From Sphaerodactylus townsendi (taxonomy: Eukaryota): a stretch of 64,000 bases of DNA. The translations under genes were made by a program, and so were the position numbers. Of this stretch, positions 36,028 through 48,546 are shown in pieces. Positions within the stretch are counted from its first letter, which is position 1. The number at the start of each line of letters is the position of its first letter. The stretch lies in assembly GCF_021028975.2 (NCBI RefSeq), contig NC_059429.1:103726001-103790000 (forward strand). The letters are read 5' to 3'. The notes beneath the pieces were generated by a model. It did not search any database and was not told where the DNA came from. It saw nothing but the letters and a program-made list of their open reading frames with translations.

Positions 36028-37414
36028 CTAGCAGGGCACCCGTGCTTCCCTATGCATACTTCATCACAGACTCTCTATGGTCAAGCTCAAGACGTGTCTA
36101 TTAATGGCCCTGGGGATGGGAAATACGCCGTCCCCAGGGAGCCATTCACACGTTGCAGCAGCGCCGACCTGACTCTGCTCCCTCTCCCCCCAGGACGGCG
36201 TCAAGCCGCCCTGAAAAACAACCCTTTAAAGGGTTGTTTTTCCTTCAACAGCGTGTTCCTGGTGGCGAAAGTGCTTAACAGCACCGCTGGAACACGCTGT
36301 TTCTTCCAGTCTGACTCACCTTGTCCTCGCCGCCTGTTGAAGCCGGGCCATGCGCTGTCCTCCGACCCTGGAGGTTGGAGGGCAGCGTATGGGCTTCACG
36401 GCCAGCAGGTAGAGGACTATACCGCGTGAGTCGGACGGGAAGGGGAAGAGGCGGCTCCATGCGGAGCCGCCGCCTGCTGGTTTTCTTCAGAGGCCGTCCG
36501 CGACAAGCATACGCGAGCGGTTTCCACCTCCACGCCGGCGGAATTCTTGCCGGCGTGGAGGCGCCCTTATGGCCGTGCAGAAACGGCCTATGAATTTTGG
36601 GGTGACATTCAACATGCTTCTTTACAGCCTGTTTGTGAACTTTGGGGTGACATGCAGCATATCTTTCACAGCCTGTCTGTGGTTTGTTTTTGCATATTTT
36701 GCTGCAGCTTCCTGTAGTTGTCTTTTTATAATGCAATGTGTTATTGCTCTCTTTCACCTGGTGGGCTCCAAAAGACGTCATGTGGAAGCAGCCATTGTAT
36801 TTTCGGGATCCAGAAAGGAAGTGTTCTGCCTTTGGATGCTGATGAGTGAGAAGGCTGTGAAGAGGTTCAGAGTAGGGTTGAAGGGCAGGGAGCTGGACTG
36901 TACCGCCACTGCAGCACATTCCTGGGGACTCATCCCGCCACTTCAGAGCACAACACCAAGCACAGGGTGATCGGAGGCCGAGAGCAGTAAACTTGTCTGC
37001 ACAGCAATCAATCTGATGTCCATATGCAAAACCTGACAAATGTTTAGTAGTCAAAGGTGATAGTGTGGTTTGTAATCTGTTTTGATTGTATTTGGCTGTA
37101 GTGGTGTTTGGCTGTAGCGGTGTTGTTGAAGCTGATGGTGTTTAACTGTCACCCTTAGAATGTTCGTGCAGCATGTCTGTGGACTGAGGGGCTGGTTTGC
37201 CCTTAGAATGTTCGTGCAAATGGCCAGAGATGAGCAGTTAAAACAGTAAATGTGTAATAATTCGACTAAAACTGAATATTTTGAAAAATCCTTTCTTAGT
37301 GAGCACCTAAACCACATAATGAACTGGTGTGCCAAATTTCAGCATTGTAGGTTTGGTAGTTTTTGAGTTCTTTGCATGAGTCAGTGAGTGGTATTTCGCG
37401 TTTATATATATAGA
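36028..37414 (-). mobile_element. Internally deleted Helitron with both termini
   Basis: Minus strand: A|TCTATATATATAAA 5' end at 37414, GC-rich subterminal segment then CTAG|T 3' end at 36028, no TSD; encodes CAWCCALKWRDESPGMCCSGGTVQLP...FLSGSRKYNGCFHMTSFG, typical of the Cys-rich N-terminal region of Helitron Rep/helicase. Confidence 0.85.
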
Positions 37415-37604
37415 TTGGCAGGAATCCCAGACCCAGTTGAAATTTTGCCCCACAAGACACAGCCACTGTGGTTAAGGCTGTTCTTGTTGATTGGCTACCC
37501 CACATACCAACCAATCATTTTATCCAGCAGTCACCATTCTCCTGATGCACTCATGGGATTCATTAGTACAATAGTCCCTTTTATCCCAGTAGTCTTTCTG
37601 CTTA

Positions 37605-37920
37605 GTTACCAACTCTGGGTTGGGAATTTCTGGAGATTTGGAGGGGACAGACTGTAGACAGCAGAGTTTGGGGAGAAGAGGGACCTCAGCATGATATAAA
37701 TCCCATCCTGCAAGCTGTAATTTTCTCTAGGGGACTTGATCTTTGACAGATGGATAAAAGTTGTAATTCAACCAGAGCTACAGGCCCCATCTAGAGGGTG
37801 GCAAGCTGATACAGTCCATCTTACAAATACATTTTCTCTAGAGGAACTGATCCCTGGTATCTGAAGATCAGTTGTAATTCTTGGAGAAGTCCAGACCCCA
37901 CTGGGAAGCTGGCAGTCCTA
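37605..37920. mobile_element. GGGTTGCCA-ended MITE family (hAT-Blackjack-like)
   Basis: gttaccaactctgggttgggaatttctggagatttgg...ctggcagtccta; diverged copies at ~8380-8552, 20690-20890, 24560-24720, 48577-48795, 49660-49843, 51198-51393, 53900-54090, 58110-58330, 59000-59220; superfamily inferred. Confidence 0.65.
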
Positions 37921-39370
37921 TTTGCTACATCCTACACCCCCACCTCCACAGGCTTATTAAATGACAGCAGTGACCTGAAGATGGCGACACTTCATGACCC
38001 TACTGGTACCAGACCGACCCATGATGGCTTGGGGGAACTCTGCTTTTAAGACTGAAGTGTCTCTACTCCTCCTGCCAACTCTTGGGGTGCCTAGCCATGC
38101 AGTGTCAAAATGGGGTGCCCATTCTCTGCATTGGCTAGTGTCCCCACAAGGACAGAAAACCTGTCTGGACTTGCCCTTGCCCACACCTGCCTTGCAAATA
38201 GCCATCACACCTTTCCTGAAGGGATTAAGATAATTCAATACCCCTGCCCTGGAGAATGTTCCCATCTCCAGTCCTGGACTATCCAGCCTGTGAAGACAAA
38301 GGACTTGTTAATGTGGTTGCCCTGAGTGTTCCTGCCAGTATTGTATTAGCCTGAGGACTTCTTCCTCTGACTAACTTCTCACTAACCACCATCTTATTCG
38401 CATTGTCATTGTCCTACAGATGTCACTCAATCAGCTACCTTCCCCCTTTCAAGCACTTCCAAGCTTGGCCCATTAAGCTAATGCCTCAACCCATTACATT
38501 AATGACCCAACTCATGAAGGGTCATGACACAGAGGTAGGCAGTGGCAAAGCACCTCTGATCTTCTCTTGCCTTGAAAACCCCACCAGGGGTCGCCAAAAG
38601 TCAGAAGTGACTTGACAGCAAAACAAAATTAATAGACGTATTCCACATTTCTTCCCAAGGAAGTTAACATAAGTTTTCAGGAGGATTCATATTTAGGAAG
38701 TTACCAGGTCCAGAACTGCTCAATTTCAGCAAAACTACTGAAGCACATACTCTCTGACTATACCCTGGGGCAATACATTGGCTAAAATCTACGTATATTT
38801 TCTTGGGAATAAGTTCCATGACCTACAATAGGACTTACTTCTGAGTAGACCAGATTAGGCATTCTCCCTTTATTTCATAAGAAAAATAGCTGTTGCAAAT
38901 GCTGACATAAATTTCATACTAGTCGTGATTTCTTCATAGGTTATTTTTTTAAATCACTAAGATTATATCTCAAGAAATGTGAAACACCTGCACCATATAG
39001 GTACCATTGACAGAGAGCTAAGATTGTCTGACAGTGCCTCAGCTCAAGAGGTTTTGGGGGGTTGTAAAAGGCTTTAATCACAGGCAAATGTTTTCAGTGG
39101 TCATTCCTGGTGCTGAGCCAGAATGGTGTAGTGTTAAGCTAATCTGGGAAGACGGGTTCAAATATACCCTCTCATGTGAACCTGGATGGATGGCCAGGGG
39201 CCACGTATTTCTTCTTCTAACACACCTCAAAGCCTTCTTACAAGGATACAGAGAACCAGCTGTCTTGAACTCCTTGGGGGAAGGGAGCAGCAGGTGAAAG
39301 GAACAGAGTCATTCAACCAGTTCAGCAGGCTTTAGATGAGTAATGCATTGAAAGAAGGGAAACACATCAA

Positions 39371-40393
39371 CATAAGAACATAGAACATAAGAACAAGCCA
39401 GCTGGATCAGACCAGAGTCCATCTAGTCCAGCTCTCTGCTACTCGCAGTGGCCCACCAGGTGCCTTTGGGAGTTCACATGTAGGATGTGAAAGCAATGGC
39501 CTTCTGTGGCTGTTGCTCCCGAGCACCTGGACTGTTAAGGCATTTGCAATCTCAGATCAAAGAGGATCAAGATTGGTAGCCATAAATCGACTTCTCCTCC
39601 ATAAATCTGTCCAAGCCCCCTTTTAAAAGCTATCCAGGTTAGTGTCATCACCACCTCCTGTGGCAGCATATTCCAAACACCAATCACACGTTGCGTGAAG
39701 AAGTGTTTCCCTTTTATTAGTTCTAATTCTTCCCCCCAGCATTTTCAATGAATGCCCCTGGTTCTAGTATTGTGAGAAAGAGAGAAAAATTTCTCTCTGT
39801 CAACATTTTCTACCCCATGCATAATTTTATAGACTTCAATCATATCCCCCCTCAGACGTCTCCTCTCCAAACTAAAGAGTCCCAAACGCTGCAGCCTTTC
39901 CTCATAAGGGAAGGTGCTGCAGTCCCTCAATCATCCCTGTCGCCCTTCATCTCTTTTTTTCTATCTCTTTCAATATCCTTTTGAGATGTATGCACCAGAA
40001 CTGAACACAGTAATTCAAGTGTGTCGCACTCACAGCTTTATATAAGGGCACATCTTCTTGCAGTTTGCATTCTCAATTCCTTTCCTAATTATCCCCAGCA
40101 TAGAGTTTGCCTTTTTTCACAGCTGCTATACATTGAGTTGACATTCCCATGGAACTATCAACTAAGACGCCCAAATCCCTTTCCTGGTCTGTGACTGATA
40201 GCACTGACCCCTGTAGCATGTATGTGAAGTTTGGATTTTTTGCCCCTATGTGCATCACTTTGCATTTTGCTACATTGAACTGCATTTGCCATTTCTTTGC
40301 CCACTCACCTAATTTATCAAGGTCCGCTTGGAGCTCCTCGCAATCCTTTGTGGTTCTCACCACCCTACATAATTTGGTATCATCTGCAAACAT
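39371..40393 (-). mobile_element. CR1 LINE, 5'-truncated (RT C-terminal half plus 3'UTR)
   Basis: FADDTKLCRVV...WQMQFNVAKCKVMHIG and YEERLQRLGLFSLERRRLRGDMIEVYKIMHG ORFs, frameshifted; (ttcttatg)n tail. Confidence 0.93.
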
Positions 40394-40613
40394 ATGTGTT
40401 TGCATTAGAAATTTGTAGGTTGCTTGCCTGTGAGGATCTTCAGGCTCAGGCACAGCAGTGGATTTCTTCTACTATGTTCATTTGCCACAAGGTGGCAGAA
40501 AGGTATAATCTTCCAGGGCTTCTACAATTGTCCATTATTCTATCTTCCCCTGGCAAGCCTCTTTTTCTCTCTAGGATTTCAAATGCAGCCATTAGAGATA
40601 AAAGGCACTAGGG

Positions 40614-41042
40614 CAGAGGTCGGGAACCTTTTCCCCTCAAAGAGCCATTTGGCTCACCACCAAAGAGCCATTTGGCTCACCACCACCACCACCCACTCGC
40701 TCGCCCCCCCCCGTCCGCTCCCCCGCCGACTTGCTCGCTCGCTCGCTCACTCGCCCTCCCTCCCCCCCGCCCGCTCACACACACCCCGTGGGCTAGAGAT
40801 GTGCCCGCCCTGCTTCCTGCAGGGCGGGCGAAGAGGGGCCCGGCAGCTCGGCCTGCCTAGCCGCCGGGAGAGCGCCCGCCCCGCAAGCAGTGGGGCGAGC
40901 AGGAGCCAAAGCCTGCGGCATGGCCTCGCCGGCCGCGGGCTAGAGATGTGCCCACGCTGCTTCCTGCAGGGCGGGCGAAGAGGGGGCCGGCGGCTCCGGA
41001 AGAGCCGCATGCGGCTCGCGAGCCGCGGGTTCCCAACCCCTG
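40614..41042. mobile_element. Non-autonomous hAT element with internal duplication
   Basis: TIRs CAGAGGTCGGGAACC/GGTTCCCAACCCCTG, TSD CACTAGGG; internal repeat of gggctagagatgtgccc.cgc.tgcttcctgcagggcgggcgaagagggg. Confidence 0.9.
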
Positions 41043-42539
41043 CACTAGGGGATTTACAATATTTGCTTAACCCACTGGTGTCCTAGTCGGAACAGAACTA
41101 CTAAGAACTCAGTTGTGCTTAAGGCTCCTCTGGGGTGAAGTGTTGGACTGTTTCAACAGTTGCAACACTGACAAAGCCAAACTTTCCTGTGGGATTAGTT
41201 AAGTAAAAATATACAACCCCTTCTGGGCCAGGCTGTGGGCTGAGCTTAGAGCACGAAAGAAAAAACAAATGTTTTTCTTGTCTCTTCGTCTCTTAAAAGC
41301 CCTCTGTAGAAAAAAAAATGGAGGAATGGCAAGTTGATAGGAGGCACCTAAAACACACTTTCTGGAAAGACACATTCCTCACTCCTCAAGAACTTTGCTG
41401 CTGATATGTTGATCATGTACACATTGGTAAAGTTGGCAGAAACATTGCGCCATCCAAATAAGGCAATTCTAGAACTGAGAACCAGGGTGGAGTAGTACGA
41501 GCAGCAGACTCTAATCTAGAAAACTGAGTTCAGTTCCCCACTCCTCACCATGAAGCCTGCTGGGTGAACTTGGGCCAGTCACAGTTCTCTCAAAAGTCTC
41601 GCAGCCCATGCGGAGTCGGGCAATGTCAAATCACTTCAGCATGTCTCTTGCCCTGAAATTCCTATGGGGTTGTCATTAGTCAGCTATGACTTGACAACAC
41701 ACCCTAGTGTATTGGGGACCTAGACTTTTCCTGGTCAAATTTACCGCAGGGAGGGGGGTAAGAAGAGCTCCATCCCCTGATGATATCATCACACCCTTTA
41801 GTTGGAGGTTGAATTGAGAGTCGAGTTCTATGGGGCAAGAACTACTCCATGTTCAAATCCCACCTCAACCATCAGTTGCTTTCTCTCAGCCCAACCTACC
41901 TCACAGGATTGTTGTAAGGATAAAAGGAAAGGGCTAAGAAATGTAATGAAGAAACCTCTATTTTTTCCTAAATCTAGGCAACTTACCCAGAGTTCTATGT
42001 AAGGCAGATCTACAAAGACATGTGGTGAATAGGGTGACAGTCTAATCTACTTTTACATAACGGTTAGAGAGCCAAACTGGAGTTCATATCGCCACTGTCT
42101 CAGCCACAGCACTCACTGGATGGCCTTGCTACTCAAAATGTGGAATGGAAACGTAATACTTGGTATTACTTGGTAAAAATAGGCTCCCATGTTCAACGCT
42201 CCTGCATCGTTTGTTATAAATTCCCCTATCACCGCCACACGTGAGTGGCTTTTGGGTGGCAGCTTAGTTCACCGTAGCTGCAGTACCGCCGTCTGCCAGG
42301 AGGGGATTGATCGGGAGCTCTAAATCGGACCGAGAGAGAGGGTGAGGGGAAAGGAAACACTTTTTACCTGTTTGTTTTTAACTGTTCTGTACCAGGGAAC
42401 AGCTGAGCCCTGCAGTCAAAAACGGCGCGTAGGAAAAAATGCCAACTATGCCAATGCCCTCGCAGCCTCTGACTTAGGAAAAAACAAACTTTTCTGTTGA
42501 CATCTTTGTTCAACGTGCCCTGCGTCCAGGCTGCATCCA

Positions 42540-42860
42540 GGCGTCTCTTGCACGGCTTGTACCCTTATAAAGGAAGCTGCCTCTTGCCTGTTGCTGAGTC
42601 CCGCTGGCTGCCCCAATCGCCCCGGGACTCCCTGCCCCCCCCCCCCGCCTCCCAGGCTGTTTCATCTATATAAGGCAGAATCCTCTCTTTCCGTCCCCTT
42701 CCCTGCCTTCTCGCAGCCCCAAATCCAGAGGCGCACAGCTGGGCGGCTGCCACCCCTCGGCGCGCAGCATTCTTTCGCCTTGTATGGCCAAATCCTTTGG
42801 GGTGGGAGGGATCCGTTTGGGCCAAGTCTATCCTCCATTGGCCGCCCCTGCCCTCTGGTC
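42540..42860 (+). promoter_or_regulatory. Putative MYL9 promoter with CArG-like (SRF) boxes
   Basis: CTTATAAAGG 42564-42573, CTATATAAGG 42666-42675, CCTTGTATGG 42778-42787, MCAT-like CATTCT ~42768; CpG-enriched; MYL9 is an established SRF/MRTF target. Confidence 0.65.
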
Positions 42861-42869
42861 CGGCTCTGT

Positions 42870-42980
42870 CCCGCACTAAAACAACAGCAAGGGAATTTCA
42901 CACCTCTTGTGTGTCTTGAAGGGGCTCAGCCACCCTTGCGGCCATCTCGAAGGGTCCCAGCAGGTTTCGGTCGGAGGCAG
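42870..42980 (+). other. MYL9: Putative non-coding exon 1 of MYL9 (start approximate)
   Basis: Strong donor CAG|GTAAGA at 42980/42981 just downstream of the CArG cluster; the next MYL9 exon has an acceptor 19 nt before its ATG, so an upstream UTR exon is required. Confidence 0.6.
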
Positions 42981-43975
42981 GTAAGAGCGCGGCCGGGGCT
43001 TCTCTTTAACAGCCGCCCGGCTGGGCGAGGCTTCCCCTTGGCAGAAAAGTCAAGGCGAGCCGCGGATGGTGTCCCATGCCCTCCATCCCTCTGCCAGGGC
43101 CACGCATCCATCAGTCCGGAGTCATTGCTGCCGTCTGGTGCGGGGGCAACAGACCAGCAAGCAGACCTCGGGAATTCCCTTGATCCGATCCAGTGGGCTC
43201 TGAATCAGGAAAGTTTACGCCAGGGTTAAGAGTTTCAGGCTGTGCAGTGGGTGGGGTGGTTGTGGGGGCGGGGGGAGCATGCTGCAGAATGATAGTCGTG
43301 GTGATCTTTGGGCTCAGACTTGGTCAAGCTCCAGCGTGGTGTAGTGGGTAAAACCGCAAAAGTGACTCTGATCTGGTGAACCAAGCTTGCTACCCCACTC
43401 TTCCACAGGCAGGCTGCTGGGAGACCGTGGGCTTGTCACAGTTCTCTCAGAACTCTCTCAGCCTCACCTACCTCGCAAGGTGTCTGTTGTGGGAAGAGGA
43501 AGGGAAGGAGACTGTAAGCCCCTTTGAGATGTCTTACAGTTAAGAAAAGCAGGGTGTAAATCCCAAACTCTTCTTAATTCATTTCTGAAACATGGCAAAG
43601 GCATACATTGTGTGTCTTGAATAATTTTCCCTGTTGCCGAGTAAACTTGAACACTGGCACACTCTTCAGTCTCATTTGGGTGTCCCTATTAAAAGGGTTT
43701 CTGGGGACTGTGTTCCAATCTTTTGCATGCCTTCTTCCTTGCTCTTGAAGCGGCTGATTTTCTCCGGCTCCCTCCAGACTAAAGTTTCCATCCAGTCCCA
43801 TTTAAATGCTAAACTGTAGGGGGTGGGGGTGGGGGGGCTCAGTGATAAGAGTATTTGTTTTGCATGCAGAAGGTCCCAGATCCAACACCCAGGGCAGATC
43901 AATGGTGTGATTAAATAAAAGGCAGTTTAGAGACTGAGAATGTGGAGGGGCTGAATGACAGTCCATATCCTGGAC

Positions 43976-44616
43976 CAGGGGTCCCCAAACTTTTTAAACA
44001 GGGGGCCAGTTCACTGTCCCTCAGACTGTTGGAGGGCCGGACTAAAAAAAACTATGAACAAATTCCTATGCACAAATGATTGTAAAACGTTTGATTTCAC
44101 CTTTCAGCCTTTCTGTCATGGTCTATTTTTAGAACAGTGACCAAAGTATGTCAAGTACAGGGTGGGCTCCAAAGATTGTTGGGGAGGCTGTGGAATACCT
44201 TCCCCTGTAAAAAAAAAAAAGCAGAACTTTCCCAATGAAACATTCCATCTAACCCAGGATCAGGTATCTTCCTGGGTTCTTTCCTCCCTAGCAGCCAGCA
44301 ATCGATTCGCCAGCCTGGCTGATGCCAGTGGGAGTGAGGTGGAACAGAAAGCCTGAGAGCAACACATGGAGTAGCTGAGAGGGAAGGGCGGAGCAGGCGT
44401 TGCCACATGTAAGGTTTCCAACTCTGGGTCAGAAAATTCATGGAGATTTGGGGGTGCCATCATGTAACTACAATCAACAGCCGTTGGAGCTGGTTCCTCC
44501 TCTCCCTTGAGCCCCCACTGCACATGAATGGAGCCATCGCCGCCATGCCTGGCGGGCCGGATAAATGCCTTCAGGGGGCCACATTTGGCCCCTGGGCCAT
44601 AGTTTGGGGACCCCTG
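43976..44616. mobile_element. Non-autonomous hAT element (Charlie-type)
   Basis: TIR CAGGGGTCCCCAAACT/AGTTTGGGGACCCCTG, perfect 8-bp TSD TCCTGGAC. Confidence 0.9.
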
Positions 44617-44899
44617 TCCTGGACAGTGCCCCTCTGCAGCCTTGCCTAAACCTCTCATTGATCAACTGGTGCCTAGAGGATGGTTTGTGATCCAGTTGTA
44701 TGGAAGAAATATGCCCCCAAAGCCTCCACCTGAGAATATTCCTCAAAGCAGGTTCAGGAATGCTCTTCAACCTGGAAAGGCAGATCAACAGTACTAGGTG
44801 TGGGATTCAGGTGGAGGGAGAACACACAGATCCTCAGTGGAAAAAAGAATGCACTCTACACGTGCTCAGAGATGCACCCTTAATCTATGACTATTTTAT

Positions 44900-45105
44900 G
44901 TTTTGTAAAGAGTTGCTACAGGAATGCAGAGGACAAATTGCTCCAGCTTTCCCTTAAAGCTGAATCTGGAGGGGCAATGGATTCCGTCCACCAGTGCTTG
45001 GAGACAAAAATGGACTGGATGAGAATGAGCCTGAAGCTGCTTCCCAGTTCCTTATTTGCAGATACCACCAAGCTGTTCCTTATTTGCAGATACCACCAAG
45101 CTTCG
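44900..45105 (+). mobile_element. Degenerate LINE (L2/CR1) RT fragment next to a gap
   Basis: QCLETKMDWMRMSLKL and a duplicated LFADTTKL-coding segment. Confidence 0.5.
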
Positions 45106-45155
45106 TCTGGCTCAATTGTCCGTCGTTCGTCTGGTTCCGTCTGTCGTCTCAGTCC

Positions 45156-45528
45156 NNNNNNNNNNNNNNNNNNNNNNNNNNNNNNNNNNNNNNNNNNNNN
45201 NNNNNNNNNNNNNNNNNNNNNNNNNNNNNNNNNNNNNNNNNNNNNNNNNNNNNNNNNNNNNNNNNNNNNNNNNNNNNNNNNNNNNNNNNNNNNNNNNNNN
45301 NNNNNNNNNNNNNNNNNNNNNNNNNNNNNNNNNNNNNNNNNNNNNNNNNNNNNNNNNNNNNNNNNNNNNNNNNNNNNNNNNNNNNNNNNNNNNNNNNNNN
45401 NNNNNNNNNNNNNNNNNNNNNNNNNNNNNNNNNNNNNNNNNNNNNNNNNNNNNNNNNNNNNNNNNNNNNNNNNNNNNNNNNNNNNNNNNNNNNNNNNNNN
45501 NNNNNNNNNNNNNNNNNNNNNNNNNNNN
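45156..45528. other. Assembly gap (N run); further gaps at 51036-51173 and 62996-63164
   Basis: Runs of n. Confidence 1.
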
Positions 45529-47987
45529 AAGTTCCAAGGAAGAGTGGGGATTTGATACTGGGTCTCCCAGATCCTATTCTGACACTCTAACCACTGCTCA
45601 CACCGTTTATATCTTCAAACAAGGAACTGAGAAACACCTTCAGCCTCATCCACAGGAGCTCATAAAGTGGAGCTTAATCCAGACAACCCAAAGGATGTGT
45701 GGTCATGTGACCATCAAGGAGATCTGTGGCCTGTGCTGGGTGGAGTTTCACTCCAATCTCCAGAGGTCAGGCCCTCAATGTGGAAGGGATGTTAGATCCA
45801 GCTTTGCTTATGGACATCTGAATAATGTCTGTGACACTGGATTGCCTTTCTCCATTGCCCGTTGGGACACCACCATCTCCTGGAAAGAGATGATCTTGCT
45901 ACATGTTTCCATGTTTGTGTAATATCTAGGCAAGCACTCAGGAAGCACTAACAACTCTTTTCTGGAGATACTGTCTTGTACGAGGAGTTGCCTATTATTT
46001 ATTTGTTTTGTTATTTATTATACTTCATTACCCTGCCTTTCCCTGAAACTCAAAGCAGATCACAATCTTCTTCTTTTCTCCATTTTATCCTTACAGCAAC
46101 CCTGTGAGGTAGGTTAGGCTGAGAGTGTGCAACTGGCCCAAAGTCACTCAGCAAGCTTCCATGGCCAAGTGGGGAAACAAACCTGGGTCTCCATCAGTCT
46201 AGTTGCTGATTGGCCTGTGAAAATAGACCACATTGGCCTCTGAACAGAGTTTGGAAACTTCCACTTTTCCAGAAATACAACAGCTGGGGTCTTAACTGGG
46301 ATCCAGTATAGCAACATACTTGAACAGCTGCACTGGCTGCCAGTTTGTTTCCAAGCACAATTAAAATTGCTTTTTAACTTGGAAAAGATCTTCGTGCTGG
46401 CAACACAAGAATGTGCTGCCTGGTGCATCAAGAGTATAATGCAGCCCCCAGGTGGAGTTATTATTATTTCTGTACAGCACACGGTATATTACCAGTGCAA
46501 AATGACAGTGATAGTGAAGCAGAGAAGATCATTAGTCTAAAAAACACCCTGGAGATCCCTCAGAACCGAGAAAAGACATAAGAGTTATCAGATTCTAAGA
46601 ATCAATATTTAGGGGGCAGAAAAACATAATGTTTACTTGCACCTTCAAGTATAGTGGCAGTATCTGGTGAACTGGGCTTAAAGTGGGCTGATGAGATGCT
46701 GTGGGATTCATTACATATTTTTCTCAGTCTTTCTCCAAGGAGCTCAGGACAGCACCCTCCATCTCCCCCCTCACTTTGCACTCACAACAACAACCCTGTG
46801 AAATACGTACGACCCAAGGGCATCCAAAGCAGCAGTTTCCAATCCTTTCAGTATGGTGACACAGTATAGGCTGTCCCTTGGACCAGTCCAAATTTGCTTG
46901 GTATGGTGACTCGTCCTAAACTGGCCCAAGGTTTTTTGTCACCCTAGGGCAGGGGTGTCCAACTCTGGTGCTTCAGATGTACATGGACTACAATTCCCAT
47001 CAGCCCCTGTTGGCATGGCCAATTGGCTGTGCCAGCAGGGGCTGATGGGAATTGCAGTCCATGAACATGTGAAATGCCAGAGTTGGACACCTCCTCCCTA
47101 GGGAAACTGTGACCATGACATCCATCTGGTTCAGCATTCCATTTTCTACAACGGCAAACTGGATGTTTTTGTGAAACCGGAAACATCACAGAAAGGGTGC
47201 AGCAGCCCCCAACGTGAACCAAAGCAAGTGGTGTTCCAACATACATAGCCTTTGCATGTAGAGATCACATTCCAGCCTTTGACCACCCTCTTCTCCATTA
47301 CTTCCTCTTACTGCCCCCTGCCCCCTAAGATCCCAAGAAACTCACTTTAGGTTACATTTTACGTGATCAACATGTATATGCAGTGAAGAAAAAAACACCA
47401 GCAACTAACATATGACATGGCAGAAACTGTTTCCACGGTCTCATCCTGGTTTCCAAAATACAACACAGAGCAATGGGAAAGATAGGGGCGGCTCTTAGGG
47501 AATGTTGTTCCATTACCCACTTTCAGAGGCATTTCGGGTCCCACATGTTGGGAAATACTGATCCAAACATCCTTCATGAAGAAATGTGGATTTGAACCCA
47601 GACCTCCCTAGGCCTATCCCAGGTAAGTATTACATCACACTGGGACCATGGAAAGGTGAATCATCCCCAAGGCAATGTTATCACTTGTACCACTGAACTG
47701 TGTTGAGTTTCTTCTCCAGGCAGCATACAGAGTACTGCCCATGGACAATTCAAGCAAAGAAAGGGGTGCTGACGCTTTTGACTCAGTTTTGCAGATGACA
47801 AGAAACCCAGTTATTTCTCTTACTGCAATTTTGGGCCAGCACTTACTGGACAAAAGGCAACAACACCCGTCATCACAAAGTACAGAGAATAAAAGTTCAC
47901 CAAAAGGCTGACAGACTCGTGCTGTGGAATAGCTTTCTTCCGTCAGTCCAAGTCCAGAGATCTCCACTGGAAAGAAGGAGCATACAG

Positions 47988-48546
47988 CAGGGGTGTAACG
48001 AGGCAGCCCTGGGCAAACTGTAGCCCTAGGCAAAACCTCAGTTGGATGCCCCCCCCCCCCCATGGGCGGCCACTCCACCATGACCAATTTTTTTTTTGCA
48101 CCAGGACATTGGTGCCTGCGCGGGGAGCATTTTTAGACATATCAGCACCAAAATTTCAGCATATCATCAGGAGACTGTCCTTATGCTACTCCCCAAGTTT
48201 GGTGAGGTTTGGTTCAAGAAGTCCAAAGTTATGGACTCCCAAAGGGGGTGCCCCATCCCTCATTGTTTCCAATGGGAGCTAATAGGAGATGGGGGCTACA
48301 GTTTTGAGGGTCCATAACTTTGCTCCCCCCTGAACCAAACTGCACCAAACCTGGGGGGTAGCATAAGGACAGTCTGCTGATGATACGCTGAAAATTTGGT
48401 GCCACTAGCCTAAAAACTGCTCCCCCTGCAGGCCAAAAATGGAAAACCACTAAAAATATCCCAAAATGAACCCAGCATTTTGATGCCCCCTACAAGGTGA
48501 TGCCCTGGGCAGCTGCCCACCTTGCCCAATGGGCATTACGCCCCTG
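47988..48546. mobile_element. Non-autonomous hAT (Tip100-like) element
   Basis: TIR CAGGGGTGTAA/TTACGCCCCTG, 8-bp TSD GCATACAG, internally inverted halves. Confidence 0.85.

Noticed and set aside
36275-37054. 259-aa ORF as a host gene
   Set aside because: Chimeric read-through of a Helitron fragment and nested repeat sequence; no splice structure
40424-43229. 220-aa and 212-aa ORFs
   Set aside because: They derive from a GC-rich MITE and the MYL9 promoter island; low complexity, no recognisable homology
44887-45922. Long ORFs spanning N runs
   Set aside because: Artefacts of assembly gaps; the adjacent ~28-bp duplication may also be an assembly artefact
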